A stretch of 64,000 nucleotides of DNA from assembly GCA_039029315.1 (NCBI GenBank), contig JBCCGK010000023.1, positions 56,670 to 120,669 of the forward strand, in the 5' to 3' direction. This document shows positions 18,896-27,725 of this stretch, piece by piece. The stretch comes from Bacteroidota bacterium (GTDB lineage Bacteria; Bacteroidota; Bacteroidia; J057). A program made the position numbers and the translations under genes. A model generated the notes under the pieces. It ran no database searches. It was not told the origin of the DNA and worked only from the letters and a program-made list of their open reading frames with translations. The first letter of the stretch is position 1, and every line of letters begins with the position of its first letter.

Positions 18896-21800
18896 TTATA
18901 GTAGATGGATGAATTCTTTCAGGTTGATTAAGGCATGGCAATAGTCTGCCCATAGTTTGGGATCGTTTTTGAGTTCTTCAAAGCTGGAATCATAGCCTTT
19001 GGCCTGGCTGGCAAGAAAGGCTCTGGCGGTTTCCATCTCTTCTTCGCTGGCTTTTCTGGAAAATGCCTTCATGTACATGGTTTGTACCCGCGCCTCCAGA
19101 CTTTCATCTGCTTGCTCCAGGACAGCTTTTGCCCAAATGCCTGCTTGCTCCTGAACGAATGGATCATTCATCAAGGTCAATGACTGCGCAGGCACATTGG
19201 TGGTATTCCGTTTGCCAAAGGTTGAAAAAGGAATCGGTGTATCGAAGGTCAGCATCATTGGAGGAATAAAGTTTCGCCGGACAGCAATGTAGATACTTCT
19301 ACGTCCATCTCCATCCATAGGGCCTGAGGTCCTTGGTCTCCCTCTGCCTGTCATAAAGTTCGTCAAATGCACAGGAATAGAGGGACCATACATCTCTTTG
19401 TTCAATCTACCGGATACGGCCAAAATTCCGTCACGGATGGCTTCTGCTTCCAGACGTCGTATCGGAAAATGATGCAGAAACAGATTATTGGGATCACTCT
19501 CTGCATTTTCTACGCGTGCTTCAGTAGATCGTTGGAAACTTTGGGTCATCAGAATATGCTTGATCAGACGCTTCATGGACCAATCATCCTCCTGAATTCT
19601 GATCGCCAGATAATCAAGCAATTCGGGATGACTTGGCACTTTGCCCTGCAAGCCAAAGTTATCCACTGTCTCTACAATTCCTCGGCCAAATAGATGGTGC
19701 CAAAGTCGGTTGCTGATCACACGAGCCGTCAGTGGATTCTCAGAATCAACAACAGCTTCTGCCCAGGCAAGTCGGCCACTTCCTCCTTGCGGATAGGATT
19801 CAGGGCCCGCTTCGATGAAACTAAAAAACTGATGGGGAACCTTGTCCTCACTTTGATTGTCAATGCTTCCTCGGATGAATACAGAACTGAAGACTGGATC
19901 GCCTTCTGTCAATCCAATAAAATGGGTAGAATCATAGAGCTGCTGAATGAGACCACTTTGTTTCTGAGCCAGTTTTTGGAGAAGGTCTGCTAGTTTTGTG
20001 TTCTCAGATGTTTTTGAGATTCCATGGAGAATCGGCAGATCATCAGCTTTTGTTTGTCCTTGTACCCACCTCTCCAGAACCTTCTGTTTATCCACTGTCT
20101 GATCCGCTGCGACATTCCTGTTCCACTTCATATCGGGCATTCCATTCTGATAGTTAACAGCGTATTGGACATCGATATAGTCATCAGGAGTGATCTTGTA
20201 AATATGACGTCTTTTCTCTCCATAATTGCCAGGAGTAAATTGTAGATATGCCTTATGTCCCTTGACGAGTGAGACATCAAAATAATAGGTCTTCCACTCA
20301 GGCTCATCCAGGATGGCCTCATATCGATCATAAAGCGGTCCTTGAATGACCTGGAAGTTGTCAACGATGATCCTGATCTGACCATGATGGCCTGCCGCAC
20401 GAACAGCGATTGTGTCATGCTCAACAATGAAATTGGGAGATCGAAGTACCCCTTGTACCCCTTTTCCTACTGCCCTGCTGGATACAAATCCACTTTCCAA
20501 TCCTTCAAATGTTTCTGTTCGGGAGTCGAAGTATGGTTCTCCCATCAACACACCATCTCCAAAGGCCCAACCATCTGCAAACCAACCTGCAAAATTCCCA
20601 TCTCGAAAATCTCCAATTACCTGATAGTCATCAGGATCTTTGGGTGTTTTCTCAGGGGTATCCTTGGTTTGGAGATATTGGGTCAATTGGAACACAGATT
20701 CATCAGAGAGTTTCTCCCTCCACTGCTTGCCAAGTTCTGTACGGATTTGTCCTTTTATTTCTGCCAACTGTTCCAGTTGATCTTCCTGTTGTTTGCTTCT
20801 CCTGGCAGGAATGGGTCCGATCCGCGAACTTTCAAACATCCCGTACATGGCATAGTAATCCGTGGTCGGGATGGGGTCGAATTTGTGATCGTGACAACGC
20901 GCACAAGACACAGTCAATGCCTGAAAGGTTTTGGACGTTACATCGATAACATTGTCGATTTTGTCGGCTTCTTCCAACTTGATTTTGACAGGCGCATGCT
21001 TCCCTTCTCCCAGGAAGAAATAACCGGTCCCAATGATGGATTCATTGAAGTCTTCGTCAGGGTTATAGCGGGCTTCTGTCAACATATCTCCTGCCAGATG
21101 TTCCTTGACAAACAAGTCGAAGGGCACATCCTGATTGAAGGCCCGGATCAAATAATCCCGGTATTCCCAGGGATGGCTGATATTGAAATCTCCTTCATGG
21201 CCCATCGACTCTCCGTATCGAACCAGATCCATCCAGTGTCTGGCCCACCTCTCTCCAAAGTGAGGAGATGCCAGATAATGATCGACAGCTTCCTCATAGG
21301 TGGCCACAGAGGAATCCTGTGCAAACTGCATCAATTCTTCTTGTGTGGGAGGCAAACCTGTCAACAAGTATGCGACTCTCCGAACCAGTGCAGCCTGACT
21401 CGCCCTTGCTGCAGATGTGAGGCCTTGTTCCTCCAGTTTCTGATCCACGAGATAATCAATCACCTCAGCGGGAGAAGCTTCTCTTTTTGCGCGGGGCATG
21501 GAAGGCATTTCAGGTTTGATAAACGCCCAGTGAGGTTTCCATTCGGCTCCTTGATCGATCCATTTGGTCAGCAGGGCAATCTCTCTTTCACTAAGGATTT
21601 TTTTTGCGCTGGGAGGTGGCATTTGAACCTCCGGATCATCAGAACTGATTCTGTGTAGCAGCAGGCTTTTGCGAATATTTCCCGGCACGATTGCAGCCCC
21701 CCCGTCCTGCAATTCGGCTGTGGCCCCTGCCAGATTGTCCAGCCGCAGACCTGCTTCTCTGGTACTTGAATCTGGCCCATGGCAAACGAAGCAGTTCTGT

Positions 21801-21952
21801 GAGAGAAGTGGTCGGATATGGTAGTTAAAATCTACCTTGTCCGGCAAATTCGGGGCGTCATATCCTGTAGGCCAGAACACAATGGTTCCCAGCACAATTG
21901 TCAGAGCGATTGCTCCTATGGCCCATTTTTTTTGAGTATTGCTCCAAGTCAT
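18896..21952 (-). CDS. PSCyt1/PSCyt2-PSD1 (DUF1549/DUF1553) family protein with N-terminal cytochrome-c-like CxxCH motif
   Basis: 1018 aa with N-terminal TM anchor. CFVCHG heme-binding-type motif near residue 55. Large DUF1549/DUF1553-like middle and C-terminal regions (CARCHDHKFDPI motif). Confidence 0.7.
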   Translation of the reverse strand: MTWSNTQKKWAIGAIALTIVLGTIVFWPTGYDAPNLPDKVDFNYHIRPLLSQNCFVCHGPDSSTREAGLRLDNLAGATAELQDGGAAIVPGNIRKSLLLHRISSDDPEVQMPPPSAKKILSEREIALLTKWIDQGAEWKPHWAFIKPEMPSMPRAKREASPAEVIDYLVDQKLEEQGLTSAARASQAALVRRVAYLLTGLPPTQEELMQFAQDSSVATYEEAVDHYLASPHFGERWARHWMDLVRYGESMGHEGDFNISHPWEYRDYLIRAFNQDVPFDLFVKEHLAGDMLTEARYNPDEDFNESIIGTGYFFLGEGKHAPVKIKLEEADKIDNVIDVTSKTFQALTVSCARCHDHKFDPIPTTDYYAMYGMFESSRIGPIPARRSKQQEDQLEQLAEIKGQIRTELGKQWREKLSDESVFQLTQYLQTKDTPEKTPKDPDDYQVIGDFRDGNFAGWFADGWAFGDGVLMGEPYFDSRTETFEGLESGFVSSRAVGKGVQGVLRSPNFIVEHDTIAVRAAGHHGQIRIIVDNFQVIQGPLYDRYEAILDEPEWKTYYFDVSLVKGHKAYLQFTPGNYGEKRRHIYKITPDDYIDVQYAVNYQNGMPDMKWNRNVAADQTVDKQKVLERWVQGQTKADDLPILHGISKTSENTKLADLLQKLAQKQSGLIQQLYDSTHFIGLTEGDPVFSSVFIRGSIDNQSEDKVPHQFFSFIEAGPESYPQGGSGRLAWAEAVVDSENPLTARVISNRLWHHLFGRGIVETVDNFGLQGKVPSHPELLDYLAIRIQEDDWSMKRLIKHILMTQSFQRSTEARVENAESDPNNLFLHHFPIRRLEAEAIRDGILAVSGRLNKEMYGPSIPVHLTNFMTGRGRPRTSGPMDGDGRRSIYIAVRRNFIPPMMLTFDTPIPFSTFGKRNTTNVPAQSLTLMNDPFVQEQAGIWAKAVLEQADESLEARVQTMYMKAFSRKASEEEMETARAFLASQAKGYDSSFEELKNDPKLWADYCHALINLKEFIHLL

Positions 21953-21966
21953 AGTTCTCTATATAA

Positions 21967-24918
21967 TTAGTAGCCATCCTTTTGTCCAGGTGCAAGATAC
22001 CAATAGCCCACTGCCTGAAAAAGACAGATATTACGGTCTCCCCATTGGTCTTCCTTATATTTATCGATAACAGCTGTAAATGATCGTTGGAAAGGAATAT
22101 TGTCCGCAATATGAAAGCGGCTAACGATCGTGTGTCCATTACCGTCAATCGCTGTGAAGGGTTGTGCCGCAAATGGACTGTCAAACAAGGCAAAAGGTGG
22201 TTCAGCTGACCAGGCATAGCCAATATAATCTTCACTGCCGGTTCCAAAAGTGGATGGAAATTTTTCTCCATCTACGTAGAATTTTTCGTCTCCTTCTCCC
22301 CACCACCAATTGATGTTCTTGTACCCCCATTTGCCATACCACCAGTTTTTCACTTCTTCTTCTGGCTCTTCCCATTCGTTCTGAATATGCAAACTCAATC
22401 CGCAAAATCTCCCTTTTCCCTGAGTAAGCAGTAATGGCCAGTCTTTGTCACGCCCATCGGATTGGACTTGCTCTTTATACTTCCCATCATGCCACTTGGC
22501 ATGAAAGCGCAGCAAGTCATTAGCTGACTCCTGAAGAGGAATATGAGCAATGTCCATTTTGAGTTGATGGCTCTTGCTCCCTTTGTTGACCAGTTCAATT
22601 TTGGCTTTTTGGGAGAACGGCATATACCAATTGGAATACAGATGTCCGGGAAGCGCCCCAATGGGATAGCTCCGATAGGGATAAACATTCGGATAGGTCC
22701 CAAAATACAAGCCGATCGGGGCAAAGACTGCTGCTTCGGACTCATCGTCCCAGGTAATTTTGAGCCAAATATTCTTCAGCAGTTCTTCTTTTTCCTGCTC
22801 AGAATCATAGACATACTTGTCATAGTTGATGCTAAAATGTGTGATGGCGCGGTTTCCGGTCAAAACAGAAACGGTCTTTGTTGCCCCAGCACCTAGCTTT
22901 GCTCGCTTTTGCAGGATGGCTTCCTTGTCGTAAGACTTTCTGTCATAGCCACGGTTGGCCAGAACCCGATCAGCTTCAGCTAGTGCAATACAGGCATCCT
23001 TGTAGTAGGTTCCATCAAATTTGGGCAAACGCGTAGTCAGGGGATAACTGGAATGGGTAACGTGATAATACATGCCCCAGCCTTCTTCCAGGACGATCTT
23101 ACAATGTCGTTGGTAGGGAATTGGAATGAAGCGATTGCGCCCACGCGAGAGGGTTGGCATCAGATTCGGCAGGTTGATGGAAGGGATGCCGGGCAAACTT
23201 TTGGGCGGGGGGCCATCATCATTGATTTTGTCAAAAAAATCTGAAAAGGGCATGTCCACGACTGGCTCATCGGCAAAGTCGATATAGATCTTGATATGAC
23301 CAGTCTGAGCCAGTGCGCTCCACACACGCCAGATAACCCCGGGTCCTGTCTTGTCAAAAATGACAATCCCATTCCCTTCTTTGCGCACAAATCCTGTCCC
23401 ATCTCTATTTGCAGTCCAATTGACATAGGTCTCTGTCTGAGGATCATATTGAGACTTGCGATCATAGCTTGAAAAATTCCCGGAGGCTTCTGCAGCCACA
23501 GGTGGGACAGCGAGCTGCTCCATATCATACAGCTTGTTGACCAAATCTGGATAACTGTATCGCTTCAGTTCCGGCCCCAGATAGATTCCCTCCTTTTCTT
23601 TATCGTCTGGCCAGCTAAAGGCCTTGATCTTCTGCTGGAGTTGATTCACAATGTCTGGATGTTGTGCTGCCAGATTCTTCAATTCTCCTATGTCTTCATC
23701 AAGATTGTATAGTTCCGTCTCTTGAGATCCCATGTCATCCAGATATCCGTGAAACTTCTGAAGATTCGGCAAGCGAAGTTTCCATTTTCCCATCCTCACT
23801 GCCTGCAATTCATTTCGACTGAAGTAATAGAAATGATCTCTGGCTCCGGCTTCATTCCTCCCCAATAGCAAATCTGTCTGATCTACGCCATCAATGACGC
23901 GATCTTCTGGCACAGGATATCCTGTCAGATTGGCAAAGGTGGGCATGAAATCAAGGGTAGAGAAGATTGCATCGCTGACACGCCCTGCGGGAATATTTTC
24001 AGGCCATCGGGCAATGGTGGGAACCCGGATCCCCCCCTCATAGGTTGAGCCTTTTGCCCCTCGCAAGGGACCAGGCGATCCCCAGGCCAATGCACCATCG
24101 TGTTTTTTGCTCAGGCTTTCGACATGATTGCTCCAAGGGCCATTGTCTGTTGTGAAAAGGACAAGTGTATTTTCTTTCAAGCCCAATTCCTCCAATGCAT
24201 CCAGCAGGCGTCCGGTATGGAAATCCAGTTCTTCAACGGCATCTCCATATAGGCCTTCACGGGACTTGCCCTTGAATTCAGGCGAGGCATCTATGACAGA
24301 ATGCAACATACTATGAGCAAGATAGAGTAAAAAGGGCTTGTCTTTGTTTTCTTCTAAAAATCCGATGGCCTTATCTGTATATATTCTGGTAATACTGGCC
24401 ATGTCCTCTGTTCTTCCAACCTCTTCATTGTTGTGGTGATACACCATCCACTCATTGTCATTGGCACCGAGCGTTCCCCAATAGTAGTCAAAGCCCTTGG
24501 CATTGGGCATGCGATCAATGATGGCGGCCCGATTAGACACATCCCATTTGCCGACACAGCCCGTTGTATACCCATTCTCTTGCATGAGTTCTGCCAAGGT
24601 GATTTCGCTGGCAGGCATGGACCAACCCCCACTTCTGACTGGATAGCGCCCGGTCAACAATGCAGAACGAGATGGTCCACACACAACCTGGGCGTAGGCA
24701 CTGGTAAATCGGGTCCCTTCTGTAGCCAGTCGATCAATGTTAGGGGTGCGAATCTTGGAGCCAAAACAACTTAGATCTCCATAGCCCTGGTCATCGGTGA
24801 ATATGATCAGAATATTGGGGCGCTCCTCCTGCTTGCTTGTCTGTGCGTTCAGGAACGGAAGGCAGACAATGAGTTTCAGGAGGAGAAATAGTAGTATATG
24901 CTTGTTCAAACACATCAT
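21967..24918 (-). CDS. Sulfatase (formylglycine-type) fused to a C-terminal DUF2961/GH172-like domain
   Basis: The N-terminal ~470 aa carry the sulfatase signature CGPSRSALLTGRYP and NILIIFTDDQGYGDL. The C-terminal ~500 aa contain WWGEGDEKFYVDGEKFPSTFGTGSEDYIGYAWS and FHAKWHDG...DWPLLL, which I recognise as DUF2961 (GH172) hallmarks. Confidence 0.7.
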   Translation of the reverse strand: MMCLNKHILLFLLLKLIVCLPFLNAQTSKQEERPNILIIFTDDQGYGDLSCFGSKIRTPNIDRLATEGTRFTSAYAQVVCGPSRSALLTGRYPVRSGGWSMPASEITLAELMQENGYTTGCVGKWDVSNRAAIIDRMPNAKGFDYYWGTLGANDNEWMVYHHNNEEVGRTEDMASITRIYTDKAIGFLEENKDKPFLLYLAHSMLHSVIDASPEFKGKSREGLYGDAVEELDFHTGRLLDALEELGLKENTLVLFTTDNGPWSNHVESLSKKHDGALAWGSPGPLRGAKGSTYEGGIRVPTIARWPENIPAGRVSDAIFSTLDFMPTFANLTGYPVPEDRVIDGVDQTDLLLGRNEAGARDHFYYFSRNELQAVRMGKWKLRLPNLQKFHGYLDDMGSQETELYNLDEDIGELKNLAAQHPDIVNQLQQKIKAFSWPDDKEKEGIYLGPELKRYSYPDLVNKLYDMEQLAVPPVAAEASGNFSSYDRKSQYDPQTETYVNWTANRDGTGFVRKEGNGIVIFDKTGPGVIWRVWSALAQTGHIKIYIDFADEPVVDMPFSDFFDKINDDGPPPKSLPGIPSINLPNLMPTLSRGRNRFIPIPYQRHCKIVLEEGWGMYYHVTHSSYPLTTRLPKFDGTYYKDACIALAEADRVLANRGYDRKSYDKEAILQKRAKLGAGATKTVSVLTGNRAITHFSINYDKYVYDSEQEKEELLKNIWLKITWDDESEAAVFAPIGLYFGTYPNVYPYRSYPIGALPGHLYSNWYMPFSQKAKIELVNKGSKSHQLKMDIAHIPLQESANDLLRFHAKWHDGKYKEQVQSDGRDKDWPLLLTQGKGRFCGLSLHIQNEWEEPEEEVKNWWYGKWGYKNINWWWGEGDEKFYVDGEKFPSTFGTGSEDYIGYAWSAEPPFALFDSPFAAQPFTAIDGNGHTIVSRFHIADNIPFQRSFTAVIDKYKEDQWGDRNICLFQAVGYWYLAPGQKDGY

Positions 24919-25029
24919 ATGGCAGCTTATCTTGAGGAAATGATCCTGAATAAATCTAAAATATTAGATATAAGATAGAGAGAGGAGAAGGGGCATATTT
25001 TGAGCAAATATTAACGATTAGGGCCTCCT

Positions 25030-25908
25030 CTAAGTTCTCGGGATAAAGAGATTTCGTCCTTCAAATCGTTTGGTACCATTGAGATAACTAAAATATTTTC
25101 GGCACTCACAGGACAAGTATTCAATATCAACTGGTGTAAATGAACGTTTGGCTTCCGGCCAGAGAGTTGCTTGCTTGGCAATCATTTTCTCCGCCACCTC
25201 ATGATGATCCGCACAGCCCAAATGATGCTGCAAACGATCCAGATAGGGAATGGCACCAATTCCACTTGGAACAGGGCTATCCGGGCGAATCAAATCTGGA
25301 AAAAACCAAGATACATCAATCAAGGCCATGAAAATGGGAAAATCGTTTTCCATCTGAAAAGTCGCATTGATCGTCTCAGTAGCGGTCACTACATTGCCAT
25401 CAGCAGTCTGAATGGCTTCCAGCAAGAAGGGTACGATCTGCGGAAACAACTCTGTACAGGCAGTGAATCGATCATAGCTTTTTCCTTCCCATTGCAATGG
25501 AACGACCGGATACACTTCTGAACACCACTGGTCTCCAAGATCTCTGAGTCGGGCTTGCAAGGCTAAAGGATGTGTTAACATCTCTGCCCCTATCATGTTC
25601 AGGGTCAGATGATGATTGCACCAACGAGCAAAGAACAAGGCATGAACCAAATCAGACCTCTGATCTTTCACAGCTTGGCAGAACTGTACCACCGCTCTGG
25701 AGCCCTTATCATCTTCACGAAACACATTGAGGAAACGCCCCTGCTGGAATACCGGATCATCTGTCCAGGGAGGCGGGTGTCCACTTTCTCGTCGGATTCG
25801 GATTTGTTCCCGCTCTTTGCACCAATCAAAAAAAGCGTGCACCGGGTCTTCTATCACCAGTCCATCCAGGGCAGTTGCATATGGATTGTTTAGCTTGATC
25901 GCATTCAT
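25030..25908 (-). CDS. Hypothetical protein; possible resemblance to aGPT-Pplase-like (DNA base hypermodification) family
   Basis: 292 aa with no signal peptide. The N-terminal block W-x-KEREQIRIRRESGHPPPWTDDPVFQQGRFLNVFREDDKGSR matches, from memory, the W..ER..I...G.P.PWT.D.I....F.NV.RE.D motif of alpha-glutamyl/putrescinyl-thymine pyrophosphorylase-like proteins. This could not be verified here. Confidence 0.35.
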   Translation of the reverse strand: MNAIKLNNPYATALDGLVIEDPVHAFFDWCKEREQIRIRRESGHPPPWTDDPVFQQGRFLNVFREDDKGSRAVVQFCQAVKDQRSDLVHALFFARWCNHHLTLNMIGAEMLTHPLALQARLRDLGDQWCSEVYPVVPLQWEGKSYDRFTACTELFPQIVPFLLEAIQTADGNVVTATETINATFQMENDFPIFMALIDVSWFFPDLIRPDSPVPSGIGAIPYLDRLQHHLGCADHHEVAEKMIAKQATLWPEAKRSFTPVDIEYLSCECRKYFSYLNGTKRFEGRNLFIPRT

Positions 25909-26092
25909 AATTTGTTCAGCTTGCTTGCGGATCTCGAGTCAGCCACGCTTCCGATCGAAGGATGACACTTGAAGCTCGAAGAGAGCAGGAATAAGAGCCA
26001 CGAGCGACTCATTTGATCGAGGATTCATTGCTGTCCGTGGAAGGCGTCAATCAGTGCAACATCCTCTGCCCTTCTTCCTGCCAAATCAAGAA

Positions 26093-27679
26093 TCAGTATA
26101 CGTTGGTTCTGGCCATTTGCCAAACTCTGGCATGTGATATCTTGATTGATTTTGATCCAGTGAACAGTTTTACCTGATTGCTCTCTCTCAATTCTGGATA
26201 GACCACTTGGGTCATACACTGTCTTCCATTGGCGAATACCTCAATGATTGACTGATCTATAAAGATATTCAGCTTAAGGGATTCGCCTTTTTTGAGTTCG
26301 AATGGTGCGCGTTGCTCAGAAACGGGTTCTGTAAATCCTTCCAATTGAGGCTCGCCCATACAGTTGGAGCGAAAGGTCTGGCTTCCTTTTGCACTGATGG
26401 AGGAGTTGGAAAAATCGATCACGAGTTCTTTCGATCCAGGATCGTAGCGAATGATTGTTTCTTCACGGCCATCAGGGGAGCAAAATACTTTGACACCATA
26501 GGTATCTTTGATCGTTCCGTCCAATTCTACCTCTATCTCGAGTGCTGTCCCATCTAGATCCATCAGGTGCTCTGTATCGGGAGAAAGCACAAGATCTGTC
26601 TCCTCGGTCCCAGCCAGACGGAGCTGTTTGAATTCTTCTGGAGGCTGAATCCGCAACACACCATCCGAAGGCAGGCTCAAGGCTCTGGGCATGCTCATGA
26701 TGCCAGACCATCCAAAGTCTTCGAGGTGATCGGGCTTGCGTTCCAGTACCCATCCCCAAATGAGGTTCCGTCCCGAATCATCGACCATCTGTTCCGGGGC
26801 AAAGAAGGTCCCACCCGGCCAATTCATTCGATGATGCTGTTCGATGGTGTATTGTCCGTTTTTGAAGGTCCCGATGTAGTATTGTGTTCCCAGATTATGG
26901 CTGATAAAGAGCAGCATCTGTTTGTCACCAATGTTGAAGAAGTCGGGGCAGGATAGGTCTTCAAAATCGAGTCGTTTTCGGTCATCTTGCGGAATCAGAT
27001 CCCCCAAATATTCCCACTCCATCATGTCTTTGGATCGAAAAAAGCCTGCAATTTTCCCTCCTGAAATCTGGTAGTAGTGATCGGTTTCCTTGTCATACCA
27101 GCCCTCAGGGTCCCAGGCTCGATATTTTTCATACATAGGGTCTCCTTTCTCCGGGCTTCTCAGCACAGGATTTCCTTCAAATTTTTTCCATTCCCTCAAA
27201 TCTGCATCTGTCGAATATGCTACCAGGTTGGTGGCAGATCCTTGCCCATGATACATGATATGCGGAATCCCCTCTCTGGACAGAAACGCTCCTCCACTGA
27301 AAATGCCTTTCTCTATGTCTCCATCCTTCACATCCAGCATATCCGGATACAACTGCCAATGCAACAAATCTGTGCTGACAGCATGTCCCCAGTAGTGTTC
27401 TCGAAATCCCTTGTGATAAGCTTGGTAAATGAAGCCAAGATGATATTTGCCATTCCAGTATATTCCGCCATTGGGGTCGAAAGGATAGGCCATTCCTTCT
27501 GGCGCTACAAAATGATAGATCGGACGATGCGGGTCAGACATGATTCGCTGCCGAAGCTTGCGGGATTGCATCACCTTGTCGAGTTCATTGGTCGTGGTCT
27601 TCTGCCCCATCAGTTCGGGACCATGCAGAGCCAAACAGGCTGTAAGCGTCAACAAAGAGAGTAGTCGTAGTAGTAGCAT
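26093..27679 (-). CDS. Divergent GH32-family (clan GH-J) glycoside hydrolase, secreted
   Basis: Signal peptide MLLLRLLSLLTLTACLALHG. FDPNGG plus KYHLGF (nucleophile block), HAVSTDLLHW, RAWDPEGWY (RDP-like) and EDLSCPDFF (EC block). Confidence 0.7.
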   Translation of the reverse strand: MLLLRLLSLLTLTACLALHGPELMGQKTTTNELDKVMQSRKLRQRIMSDPHRPIYHFVAPEGMAYPFDPNGGIYWNGKYHLGFIYQAYHKGFREHYWGHAVSTDLLHWQLYPDMLDVKDGDIEKGIFSGGAFLSREGIPHIMYHGQGSATNLVAYSTDADLREWKKFEGNPVLRSPEKGDPMYEKYRAWDPEGWYDKETDHYYQISGGKIAGFFRSKDMMEWEYLGDLIPQDDRKRLDFEDLSCPDFFNIGDKQMLLFISHNLGTQYYIGTFKNGQYTIEQHHRMNWPGGTFFAPEQMVDDSGRNLIWGWVLERKPDHLEDFGWSGIMSMPRALSLPSDGVLRIQPPEEFKQLRLAGTEETDLVLSPDTEHLMDLDGTALEIEVELDGTIKDTYGVKVFCSPDGREETIIRYDPGSKELVIDFSNSSISAKGSQTFRSNCMGEPQLEGFTEPVSEQRAPFELKKGESLKLNIFIDQSIIEVFANGRQCMTQVVYPELRESNQVKLFTGSKSIKISHARVWQMARTNVY

Positions 27680-27725
27680 ATTTGTGGGAGTTATAGAAGC
27701 ATCATTTCCAGACTGCGGAAGGATG

